Of a stretch of 64,000 nt of DNA, positions 27,335-36,596 are shown in pieces. Source of the stretch: Spirochaetales bacterium (GTDB taxonomy: Bacteria > Spirochaetota > Spirochaetia > SZUA-6 > RPPD01); contig JAFGJO010000055.1 of the NCBI GenBank assembly GCA_016929065.1, forward strand, positions 401 to 64,400, read 5' to 3'. A program made the translations under genes and the position numbers. Under the pieces are notes generated by a model that made no database searches, was not told the DNA's origin, and worked only from the letters and a program-made list of their open reading frames with translations. Numbering within the stretch: position 1 is the stretch's first letter; every line of letters starts with the position of its first letter.

Positions 27335-29350
27335 ATGAAGAGGAGTATTCTTACAGTTCTGGCGGCAGCGCTGTTCGCTGTTGCATTTATCGCGGCCTGT
27401 ACCGCTCCGGTCGGCGACGGCGGCGGTGGCGGAAGCACTACATGGATCGGTACCGGTATCAAGGTTGCGTATGTAACCGACTCGACAAACGCAGGACTTA
27501 CCTATCCGAATGACACGGTCATATATCCAGCACTTGTGGCGGATGCGGCCTTCGATGTGCTGGCGGTTGATGCCGGCAGCGCAGATCTTGCAACGATCTG
27601 CGGCGAAGCGGATGTAGTATATTGTTCTGAAATTCCCAAATCCGATAATACTGGCTGGGCGACGCTTGAGGGTTTTAACAAGCCGATGCTCTTCAACAAA
27701 GTGTATGCGTATAAAGAAACCGTATGGAACTGGGCAACGACCGGATATGGTGATAATGGTACAGCGACAAATATTGTTCTTGATGATCCCGGACATGCGA
27801 TTTTTACCGGTTTATCCGGAACGACTGTTCCTGTTCTCAGCGCGGTTGGCGGTGCTACTCCCAAGGGAATCAGTTATATGAATCCTGCAAGTTTTACCGG
27901 TGGACCGACGGTTTCTACGCTTGCGCATGTTGATGGAGCGGCATCTCAGGTCTCTATCCTTGAAATTGACGCTGATGTAAACATGAACGGCACCGTACTG
28001 CCTCAGAAGTTTCTCCAGTTTGCTATTAATGGAGAATCATACGCGAATGTCACTGCTGATGGTGTTACCATTATTAAAAACTCTATCTACTACCTGGCGA
28101 CCGGTACCGTACCCGGATTTGTCGAAACCCTGGACGGAACCATCACGGTGAGTCTCAGCGGTGCGGGTGCGAACGATACGCAGAATCTGCTGGCCATGTC
28201 AGTGTCTCCGGAAGCTACGGGTTTAGCTACTATTACCGGCGGCGTGGCATCCTTTGCCCTCTCTACCGACGGCGGAGCAACCGACTATGTCTACTCAGGC
28301 GGTGCAAATATCACCATCAGGGCTTTTATTGATGTTGACGACAGCGGCGGAACAGAGCCGAATGCAGGCGATCTGGTATACGTTTCACCCACTCCGGTGG
28401 TTGTTGACGGCAATATGACCGTTAACCTGACCCTGTCGGATTTCACAACCTATGTCCTGTCTACTGACGCGACCCTGTCAAACCTGACACTCTCAACAAG
28501 TACACTTGTTTCGACAGGAACGTATACCTATACAGGGACGGCCGGATCATTTGATGCTTCTGCGACCGTGACTCCGACCGCAAATGATGCGAATGCAACG
28601 ATTCAGGTGCAGGTTAACAGCGGCGGATACTCATCGGTTACTTCAGGAGCAGCCTCGGGAAGCCTTGATTTAAATGAAGGCGCGAACACTATTGAGGTGC
28701 TGGTAACAGCTGAGGATCCTGCATCTACCCTCACCTATACAATCACGGTGACGAGAACCATCAATTACGGCGACATGACAACCGGTCTAACCAATTACCA
28801 GGCAGCAGTAGTAACTGCAGCAGGAACCGGTTGGAGCTATGATACCGGAACCATGACTATTACCGGAGCAGGAGATACCGGTTCTACCGCTGAAGCCATG
28901 AATACTTATTGGGCAACAAAAGCGGTGACCGGTGATTTTGTGTTCACTGTACGTCTGGTTACCCAGGGAGGAGCTGGTTCATCCAATCATGCACGGAGCG
29001 GTCTGGTAGCGGCATCAGCTGCGACAGCTGCAGATGTGTCTGGTACTAATTATTACTCGGTAATACGGTATTCAGATGGCACAGGTATCCGTGACTGCAG
29101 ATATATCGACGGTTCCGGAAGCAATAGTTCAAATATTGGATCTGATTTTACTATTCCGAAATATTTGAGATTGAGGAGAGTGGGAAACACTTTTTATGGA
29201 GAAACATCTGCCGACGGGAGTACATGGGCTACCCGGAACAGGACTGAGGTATTTCCTGCTACAGTGTATATAGGTTTTTTTGTCAGTTCCGGTGTTAATG
29301 ACGGAACTGCGGTTGCTACTTTTGACAATATTTCTCTTATTATGCCTTAA
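27335..29350 (+). CDS. Surface lipoprotein: cadherin-like beta-sandwich plus C-terminal DUF1349/ConA-like domain
   Basis: FIAAC lipobox; STDATLSNL...LNEGANTIEVLVTAED..TYTITVTR; GDF...LRLRRVGNTF.GE.SADG.TW. Confidence 0.8.
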   Translation: MKRSILTVLAAALFAVAFIAACTAPVGDGGGGGSTTWIGTGIKVAYVTDSTNAGLTYPNDTVIYPALVADAAFDVLAVDAGSADLATICGEADVVYCSEIPKSDNTGWATLEGFNKPMLFNKVYAYKETVWNWATTGYGDNGTATNIVLDDPGHAIFTGLSGTTVPVLSAVGGATPKGISYMNPASFTGGPTVSTLAHVDGAASQVSILEIDADVNMNGTVLPQKFLQFAINGESYANVTADGVTIIKNSIYYLATGTVPGFVETLDGTITVSLSGAGANDTQNLLAMSVSPEATGLATITGGVASFALSTDGGATDYVYSGGANITIRAFIDVDDSGGTEPNAGDLVYVSPTPVVVDGNMTVNLTLSDFTTYVLSTDATLSNLTLSTSTLVSTGTYTYTGTAGSFDASATVTPTANDANATIQVQVNSGGYSSVTSGAASGSLDLNEGANTIEVLVTAEDPASTLTYTITVTRTINYGDMTTGLTNYQAAVVTAAGTGWSYDTGTMTITGAGDTGSTAEAMNTYWATKAVTGDFVFTVRLVTQGGAGSSNHARSGLVAASAATAADVSGTNYYSVIRYSDGTGIRDCRYIDGSGSNSSNIGSDFTIPKYLRLRRVGNTFYGETSADGSTWATRNRTEVFPATVYIGFFVSSGVNDGTAVATFDNISLIMP

Positions 29351-29375
29351 AAGAGATCCTGATTCTGGTTTTAAC

Positions 29376-29410
29376 AAGCCGTTCGCCGAAAGGTGGACGG
29401 CTTTTTTTTT
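29376..29410 (+). terminator. Rho-independent terminator
   Basis: gccgttcgcc-gaaa-ggtggacggc plus T9. Confidence 0.9.
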
Positions 29411-29617
29411 CGGGGGAAAAATTATCAAAATAAAACAATTTATACTGATAAATAAGAACATGATAATGAAATACTGCCAGGTAAAGACAGTCCCTTTTTT
29501 TATATAAATTGACCAGATATTGTATGTAAAAAACAATAGTGCAGGTATACATTGTTTTTATCAACTAATCTTTTTTTAAAAAATCGGAACATATATATAG
29601 CATAAGGAGTTTACTGA

Positions 29618-32065
29618 ATGAAAAAGACCGTATTTTTAACAGCGGGAATTACTGTTTTTTTATTAATTTCGTTTATCACCTGTTCCCCTCCGGGCGGCGG
29701 GAATACAACACCCGGCGGCGGGGGAATCCCGGTTGGACCTTTGGCCGGATATGTCGGTTTTGCGACGCTCAACGGCGGGACAACCGGCGGTGCGGGCGGT
29801 GATGAGGTAACTGTCTCTACCGGAACAGAGCTTCAGAATGCTATTAATGTCTATAAATCTGAGAATCCGACTGGCCGGGCGGCAATGGACAGCCCCCGAA
29901 TAATCTATATTTCCGGTTCAATAACCACTGACAATTCACCTGAAGATGTTATTTATCTGAAAGGCAGTTCAGATACAAAGCTTTTTGAGAATATTTCAAT
30001 TATTGGTGTCGGAACTTCGGGTGAGTTTAATGGTATTGGTTTGAAAATTGAACGTGCGCACAACATTATTATCCAGAATATTGCCTTTCACCATGTTCGC
30101 GCCGGTGTAGGAGACGGAGACGGGATGGGCGTGAACGGACCGGCGACCAACATCTGGGTTGACCACTGTGAATTCTACAATGAAGTCGGTGATCTTGACG
30201 GGGACGGCACTATTGGGGACGGTGGCGATAAAGACTATTACGATGCCCTTCTGGATACAAAGTATGAAGGAATCGGATACATCACATACTCCTATAATAC
30301 CTTCCATGACAGCTATAAAACAAGTCTTATTGGATATACAACAGATGATGCCCGTGACTGGAATATCACCATTTACAGGAACTATTACTATAATTGTAAT
30401 TCGCGACTTCCATTAATTCGGGGAGGTAATGTTCATATATTGAATAATTACTATTATAATAATATGGGTTCGGGAATTAATTTGCGCTGTGGCGGTACAG
30501 TATTAATAGAAGGGAATTACTTCAAGGATTCAAAGGATGTCATCGGCCATTTTTATAATGACCCCACAGGATACTGGGACCTTGGCCCGGGATCGTCTGA
30601 TTCCAACATCTATGACAATGTGACATGGAGTACAATCGCCGATGATATTTATGCGACAGCACAAAGTGAGGGATTTGCAGATACCGGAACCTGGACACCG
30701 CCCTATTCATATACCGCTCTGGCTGCTTCTGAGGTTCCCGCTGCAGTAGAACACAGTACTGGCGTCGGGAATATTGATGACGGTATCGAACAAACCGATG
30801 CCCAAAAAGTAGCCGCGGCAAAAGCGCTGTTATCGGGGGAACTTTTAGGTGTTTATTATATTGACAAGGCCACAACCGAGGCAGCTGTTGCAGCCGTAAT
30901 TGCGGCAGTCGAAGGCGATTTTGCGGACACGGTTGAAGTGACCATTCTCACCGATGAACCGGGCGAAACCACAACGATTACCATTACCAGCGGACTGGAA
31001 AGCGATACAATTGTCATTCAGCCGCAGACTGCCGATGACAAAATATCCGATGCATATGACCTGGTGGATACTGCGGTTTCGGGAATTTCATATACCACGG
31101 CCGCTTTAACACTCACCGCAGCCGAAGACGCAATTGATTCGGTTTCTGCGGGCTTTGCCACTGGAGTAAGTGCTGTTGCGGCAATTGACGCCGGGAACAA
31201 CGACAATATTGTCATCACCATATCATGCGCGGGCGGGACAGATCAGACAATTACCATCTTGGCTCCGACGAGCGCCGAACGCGTTGCGTATGCAAAATCG
31301 GTCCTTTTGGGAAATTCTGCAATCAGATGGGATACTGATGTTGCCACCACCTACGCAAATGTCTCCGCGGCAGTGGCGATTACGAACGGCGATGGATCGC
31401 TGTGGGAAGCGACTGCGTCCGCAGCCATTGACGGCGATACGGTCGTCATTACCATTACTCACGGGATCGAGAGTGACACAATCGTTCTTTCGGCGACGGT
31501 CGACTGGGTGAACGCTGATATCGGTTCAGCCGCGGGAGTGACATCCGAATCAGCCGGCACGTATACCATTACAGGAACCGGAAAGTTCGAGAGTTCACAG
31601 CAGACATTCCGGTATATGTATACAGAAATTACCGGCGACTTTACAATGACCGCCCGGGTAGAGAGTTTTACCGCAACAAGCAATCAGGGGTGGGCGGGAA
31701 TACTGATGACTCCCAACAATGCAGCTTCATTTTCCACCGGTACAGATATGCTGTTCAGTGCGAGCATCAAGCGCGGAGACGGAACCTGGTACTATGGTCA
31801 CCGTCTTGCAGCAGGCGCTACTCTTACCAAGAATGCCATGACGGCGCCGTCCGGCAGCGGGAATACCTATGTAAAACTCGTACGGACCGGCGACAGCTAC
31901 AGCGCGTCGTACTCACTTGACGGTGGAAGCACCTGGGGAGCAGCGACAACCAATTCATTTGCAGCAGCACTTCCTGCCACGCTGTATGTCGGACTTTGCG
32001 TAAACTCCGGCAGCAGTTCTGCATCTGCGACCGCGGTGTTCAGCGATGTAATGATTACGCAATAA
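29618..32065 (+). CDS. PL1 pectate lyase lipoprotein with a repeat stalk and C-terminal DUF1349-like domain
   Basis: GFATLNGGTTGGAGG, NIIIQNI, NIWVDH, SRLPLIRGG.VHILNNYY. Confidence 0.9.
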   Translation: MKKTVFLTAGITVFLLISFITCSPPGGGNTTPGGGGIPVGPLAGYVGFATLNGGTTGGAGGDEVTVSTGTELQNAINVYKSENPTGRAAMDSPRIIYISGSITTDNSPEDVIYLKGSSDTKLFENISIIGVGTSGEFNGIGLKIERAHNIIIQNIAFHHVRAGVGDGDGMGVNGPATNIWVDHCEFYNEVGDLDGDGTIGDGGDKDYYDALLDTKYEGIGYITYSYNTFHDSYKTSLIGYTTDDARDWNITIYRNYYYNCNSRLPLIRGGNVHILNNYYYNNMGSGINLRCGGTVLIEGNYFKDSKDVIGHFYNDPTGYWDLGPGSSDSNIYDNVTWSTIADDIYATAQSEGFADTGTWTPPYSYTALAASEVPAAVEHSTGVGNIDDGIEQTDAQKVAAAKALLSGELLGVYYIDKATTEAAVAAVIAAVEGDFADTVEVTILTDEPGETTTITITSGLESDTIVIQPQTADDKISDAYDLVDTAVSGISYTTAALTLTAAEDAIDSVSAGFATGVSAVAAIDAGNNDNIVITISCAGGTDQTITILAPTSAERVAYAKSVLLGNSAIRWDTDVATTYANVSAAVAITNGDGSLWEATASAAIDGDTVVITITHGIESDTIVLSATVDWVNADIGSAAGVTSESAGTYTITGTGKFESSQQTFRYMYTEITGDFTMTARVESFTATSNQGWAGILMTPNNAASFSTGTDMLFSASIKRGDGTWYYGHRLAAGATLTKNAMTAPSGSGNTYVKLVRTGDSYSASYSLDGGSTWGAATTNSFAAALPATLYVGLCVNSGSSSASATAVFSDVMITQ

Positions 32066-32085
32066 CTGTTTTTTGATGTATTTTT

Positions 32086-32118
32086 AAGGGCTGCCGTTGA
32101 CTGGACAGCCCTTTTTTT
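32086..32118 (+). terminator. Rho-independent terminator
   Basis: aagggctg...cagccctt hairpin plus T run. Confidence 0.8.
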
Positions 32119-32199
32119 CATTCCTCCCCTTGATACCAATTGGATTATTTACTAATTTAAACTGAAATCCCGAAAGCAAAAATACCTAATGGAGAGTGC

Positions 32200-33915
32200 A
32201 TGGTCCGCAGATTTTTAAAATATTATAAACCGCACCTTTTTTTGTTCATCCTTGACCTTGCTGCTGCGGTTGGCAGTTCATTTCTTGCGATTTTAATTCC
32301 ATACCTTACCCGTGATCTGCTGCGTACCTATATCCCGCAGCAGAACTTTGACATGATACTTATTGTCCTGGGCATTATTCTGGGGATTTATTGTGTAAAA
32401 ACATATTTGACGTATGTGCGGGTGAAATGGGGGCATATATTGGGCCTTCGGATGGAATACGATATGCGGGATGATTTGTTTCAGCATATCCAGAAACTCT
32501 CGTTTTCCTATTTTGATAATGTAAAAACCGGCCATATCATGTCGAGGATCTCAAGCGACCTCAACATGATTGCGGAGATTGCCCATCATGCCCCCGAAGA
32601 CCTTCTCATCTCCGCTCTGGTGCTGATCGGCAGCTTTATTTTTATGTTTACTTTTAATGTTTATCTCAGTCTGATCGCGCTTATTCCGCTGCCGTTCATG
32701 CTGGTGTGGGGCTGGGTGTACGGCCTTAAAATGCGGCACAATTTTCGGCAGGTGCGCAAAACCATCGCGGATATTAACAGTACTGTTGAAAATTCTGTTC
32801 AGGGGATACGGGAGGTAAAATCGTACGCAAATGAAAAACTGGAGATGTCGAAATTCTCCCAATCAAATACCAACTTCAAAAATGCGCTTCAGGCAGCTTA
32901 TTCCCGGATGGCGGTTTTTTTCAGCGGCATGAATTTTCTGCGGGATTTTTATTATCTGGTGATCATCACTGGAGGGATTATTCTTATCTACTATACACTC
33001 CTTGATGTGACAGAGCTTGTCACTTTTATTTTGTTTGTCAGCATCATTCTTCCTCCGATTGACCGGCTGATTAACTTTATCGAACAGTACCAGCAGGGGG
33101 TGGCATCTTTTGAACGGTTTCTGGAAATCATGGACATTGAACCGGATATTACCGATGCAAAACATGCGGGAAAATTGTCCGGCGTAAAGGGTGAAATCAA
33201 ATTCGATCATGTGTCTTTCCGGTATAAAACGTCTCCGGGGGTTATCCTTGACGATGTAAGTTTTACCATAAAGCCGGGTGAGAAAATCGCGATTGTCGGG
33301 GAATCGGGTGCGGGGAAAAGCACGATCGTCTCGCTTCTGCCGCGGTTTTATGAACCGCAGCAGGGTGTCATTACCATCGATGGAAAAAATGTTCTGGATA
33401 TCAAACAGCATTCACTCAGGCAGGCCATCGGCCTGGTCCAGCAGAATGTGTTTTTGTTTGATTCCACGGTTCAGGAAAATATTATGTACGGGAATCCCTC
33501 CGCGACTTTTGAGGAAATGGTGGAAGCGGCAAAAATGTCGCATATTTTCGACTACATCGACAGCCTGCCGGATAAATTCGACACGCTTGTGGGAGAGCGC
33601 GGGATAAAACTGTCGGGAGGGCAGAAACAGCGGATTTCGATTGCGAGAGTGTTTCTGAAAAATCCTCCGATACTGATTTTTGACGAGGCGACCTCGTCGC
33701 TTGATTCAGAGTCTGAAAGTTATGTGCAGGATGCGATGGCCAAACTCAGTCAAAACAGAACAACAATTATCATCGCGCACCGGCTTTCCACGGTAAAATC
33801 TGTTGACAGAATTTATGTGCTGCGGGAAGGTAAAATAATAGAAGAGGGAACGCATGAAAAATTGATCGGGTTAGAAGGTTACTATCATACGCTCTATGAG
33901 AAGAATTTGTTATGA
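32200..33915 (+). CDS. ABC exporter, fused permease/ATPase
   Basis: Six TM segments, GESGAGKST, LSGGQKQR, ILIFDEATS, IAHRLST. Confidence 0.95.
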   Translation: MVRRFLKYYKPHLFLFILDLAAAVGSSFLAILIPYLTRDLLRTYIPQQNFDMILIVLGIILGIYCVKTYLTYVRVKWGHILGLRMEYDMRDDLFQHIQKLSFSYFDNVKTGHIMSRISSDLNMIAEIAHHAPEDLLISALVLIGSFIFMFTFNVYLSLIALIPLPFMLVWGWVYGLKMRHNFRQVRKTIADINSTVENSVQGIREVKSYANEKLEMSKFSQSNTNFKNALQAAYSRMAVFFSGMNFLRDFYYLVIITGGIILIYYTLLDVTELVTFILFVSIILPPIDRLINFIEQYQQGVASFERFLEIMDIEPDITDAKHAGKLSGVKGEIKFDHVSFRYKTSPGVILDDVSFTIKPGEKIAIVGESGAGKSTIVSLLPRFYEPQQGVITIDGKNVLDIKQHSLRQAIGLVQQNVFLFDSTVQENIMYGNPSATFEEMVEAAKMSHIFDYIDSLPDKFDTLVGERGIKLSGGQKQRISIARVFLKNPPILIFDEATSSLDSESESYVQDAMAKLSQNRTTIIIAHRLSTVKSVDRIYVLREGKIIEEGTHEKLIGLEGYYHTLYEKNLL

Positions 33916-33921
33916 ATTATC

Positions 33922-34046
33922 CCTGTAATTTCTCGATGCAGTCATAAAAGCGAAATATTTTTTTCGTCCCCCGAACGGTTCATACCTGCAGTAGTGAGGG
34001 GGCAAAAAATATTTCGCTTTCCTTTTTTTTAAGAAGAAATTACAGG
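33922..34046. repeat. 125-bp nested imperfect palindrome
   Basis: cctgtaatttct/agaaattacagg (12 bp) and aaagcgaaatatttttt/aaaaaatatttcgcttt (17 bp) inverted repeats. Confidence 0.85.
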
Positions 34047-34074
34047 AGCAGGATTTGTTTTTATCATAAATAGA

Positions 34075-34105
34075 GAAGGTGTCCGATTATCTGTCGGACA
34101 CCTTC
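34075..34105 (-). terminator. Hairpin terminator after ahcY
   Basis: gaaggtgtccga / tcggacaccttc 12-bp stem. Confidence 0.75.
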
Positions 34106-34125
34106 GTGCTGTTGCTGATTTGTTT

Positions 34126-35544
34126 TTAATATCTGTAATGCTCAGGCTTGTACGGCCCTTCTACAGGAATGTTCAGGTAGTCAGCCTGCTGTTTTGTAAG
34201 AGTGGTAAGTTTTGCCTGTAATTGACTCAAATGCAGTCTGGCAACTTCCTCATCCAGTTTTTTGGAAAGGGTATACACTCCGATCTCTCTTTTTTGTGTT
34301 GCAAGGTCAATTTGCGCGAGCACTTGATTGGTAAAGCTGTTTGACATGACAAAACTTGGATGGCCGGTCGCGCACCCAAGGTTTACCAGGCGGCCTTCGG
34401 CAAGGACAATAATGGAGCGGCCGGATTCGAGCGTCCATTTGTCGACCTGCGGTTTTACAGTCTCTTTTTTGCATTTCGGGTTTTCTTCAAGATACGACAT
34501 CTGTATTTCTGAATCAAAGTGGCCGATGTTGCATACGATAGATTCATCTTTCATTTTTTCCATATGCTCACCGCGGATGACATCGCAGCATCCTGTCGTG
34601 GTAACAAAAATATCACCGATGGTTGCTGCGTCTTCCATGGTGGTAACCTGGTAACCTTCCATGGTTGCCTGCAACGCGCAGATGGGGTCAATCTCGGTGA
34701 CAATGACCCGCGCACCGAATCCGCGCATGGACTGGCAGCATCCCTTGCCGACATCGCCGTATCCCGCAATCACCACAACTTTTCCCGCGACCATGACATC
34801 GGTCGCGCGCTTGATGCCGTCGGCCAAAGATTCGCGGCATCCGTACAAATTATCGAACTTTGATTTGGTAACGGAATCATTCACATTGATAGCCGGAAAC
34901 AAAAGCTCGTTGCTGCTCATCATCTGGTAAAGCCGGTGAACGCCCGTGGTTGTCTCTTCGGATACACCCTTTATTTTTTCGGCAACACGAGTCCAGCGGG
35001 ACGGGTCTTTTTTATAGCCGTGCGCAAGCCGGTCGATGATGATCTGGAATTCTTTGTTGTCATATTTTTTTTCCAGAAGCGATGGATCCTTCTCGATTTT
35101 CACGCCTTGGTGGATCATCAGGGTCGCATCACCTCCGTCATCGACGATGAGGTCCGGGCCAAAGCCGTCGGGCCAGGTCAGTGCCTGTTCGGTGCACCAC
35201 CAGTATTCCTCAAGCGTTTCACCCTTCCAGGCAAAAACTGCTGTTCTGCCTTCTTTGGCAATGGCCGCGGCAGCATGATCCTGAGTCGAAAAAATATTAC
35301 AGGATGCCCAGCGGACATCGGCACCGAGCGCCTCAAGCGTTTCAATCAGCATCGCTGTCTGAATAGTCATGTGCAGTGAGCCCATGATTTTAAGACCCTT
35401 TAGCGGTTTTTCTGCACCGTATTTTTTACGGCAGGACATGAGTCCGGGCATTTCTTTTTCTGCCAGCTGCATTTCCCTGCGGCCCCATTCGGCGAGAGAG
35501 ATATCGGCAATTTTATGCTTAAGTGTTTTGTCAAGTTCAAGCAT
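34126..35544 (-). CDS. ahcY: Adenosylhomocysteinase
   Basis: [60 protein letters not shown]. Confidence 0.98.
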   Translation of the reverse strand: MLELDKTLKHKIADISLAEWGRREMQLAEKEMPGLMSCRKKYGAEKPLKGLKIMGSLHMTIQTAMLIETLEALGADVRWASCNIFSTQDHAAAAIAKEGRTAVFAWKGETLEEYWWCTEQALTWPDGFGPDLIVDDGGDATLMIHQGVKIEKDPSLLEKKYDNKEFQIIIDRLAHGYKKDPSRWTRVAEKIKGVSEETTTGVHRLYQMMSSNELLFPAINVNDSVTKSKFDNLYGCRESLADGIKRATDVMVAGKVVVIAGYGDVGKGCCQSMRGFGARVIVTEIDPICALQATMEGYQVTTMEDAATIGDIFVTTTGCCDVIRGEHMEKMKDESIVCNIGHFDSEIQMSYLEENPKCKKETVKPQVDKWTLESGRSIIVLAEGRLVNLGCATGHPSFVMSNSFTNQVLAQIDLATQKREIGVYTLSKKLDEEVARLHLSQLQAKLTTLTKQQADYLNIPVEGPYKPEHYRY

Positions 35545-35564
35545 GGTATTCCTCCATAGAGTAT

Positions 35565-36479
35565 TTATTGTTTTCCTGCGCTCAATACAAGCACAGTTAA
35601 TTCCTTTGTTATGGCAATTTCCTTTTTATCCACAATCGCAAAACCGGCCCGAACCAGCCAGTCCTGGAGTTCTTTTATCTGGAATCCAAGCCATCGGTCA
35701 CCGTATCTGCTGCGCATCATTTCCGAGGTGTGGCCGGAAAAATCCGCTATGATAAGTTGTCCTTTTGGTTTTAATATTCTGTTTATCTCAACAAGGCCGG
35801 CCAGTGGTTCGGGGAGATGGTGCAGCACCATATTGCATATAGCCGTATCCGCTTCCCCTTCCCGCAGGGGCAGATGTTCCAGCTCGCCCATCCGCACCTC
35901 GACTTTTCCGGATTCCGCGGCAAACCTTTTCCGGGTATGGGCGATCATCTGCGGGGATGAATCAACGCCGATCACCGTTTTTGCTTTTTGAATGAGCCCT
36001 TCGATCAGGTCTCCGGTGCCGCATCCCAGATCAGCGCAAACGACGCTATTGAAAATGCCGGAAAGGATAATTTCATTAATATCAGTTTTTCCAAAGAGTG
36101 ATATTTTCATTTGTTCCCAATGCGGTGCCAGGGAATCAAAGAGCTGTATCGATTTTTCTGTCCGCTGTTTCAATACCTTCTTTGCAGTTTTATTGTCAGC
36201 AGTAATCTGTATTTCGTTTTCCAGTAAAGAGGGCAATATGTCGATAAGCGTTTTTTTGGTATTGCCTTTTTCCGCTGAAAAGAAACTCCACAAACCGTCT
36301 TTTCTTTTTTTTAACAGTTCACTGTCAGTCAGTATTTTCAGATGACGGGAAATTCCAGACTGTCCGATATCAAGAATTTCCACAATTTCATTGACATTCA
36401 GTTCATGATTCAGTAAAAGATTCATGATCCGCAATCGGGTGGGGTCTGATAATGCTTTAAAAACAGGTAATACTTTCAT
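35565..36479 (-). CDS. sahR: ArsR-HTH plus SAM-binding methyltransferase-fold regulator (SahR-like)
   Basis: [14 protein letters not shown]...ELNV.E...[10 protein letters not shown] plus DLGCGTG domain; directly upstream of ahcY. Confidence 0.85.
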   Translation of the reverse strand: MKVLPVFKALSDPTRLRIMNLLLNHELNVNEIVEILDIGQSGISRHLKILTDSELLKKRKDGLWSFFSAEKGNTKKTLIDILPSLLENEIQITADNKTAKKVLKQRTEKSIQLFDSLAPHWEQMKISLFGKTDINEIILSGIFNSVVCADLGCGTGDLIEGLIQKAKTVIGVDSSPQMIAHTRKRFAAESGKVEVRMGELEHLPLREGEADTAICNMVLHHLPEPLAGLVEINRILKPKGQLIIADFSGHTSEMMRSRYGDRWLGFQIKELQDWLVRAGFAIVDKKEIAITKELTVLVLSAGKQ

Positions 36480-36483
36480 ATCG

Positions 36484-36507
36484 ATATATCATGATATATT
36501 GATATAT
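36484..36507. promoter_or_regulatory. SahR-like operator palindrome overlapping the promoter (-35 TTGACT at 36527-36532, minus strand)
   Basis: atATATCAtgatatatTGATATat. Confidence 0.75.
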
Positions 36508-36543
36508 TACTGATGGAAAGGAAATGAGTCAAGTGGAAAGTAT

Positions 36544-36577
36544 AAAAAAACCCCATCACTTTATGTGACGGGGTTTA
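36544..36577 (-). terminator. Terminator after glutamine synthetase
   Basis: aaaaaaacccc-atcac...gtgac-ggggttt. Confidence 0.75.
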
Positions 36578-36596
36578 TTGGTTGGAAAAGTTTACT

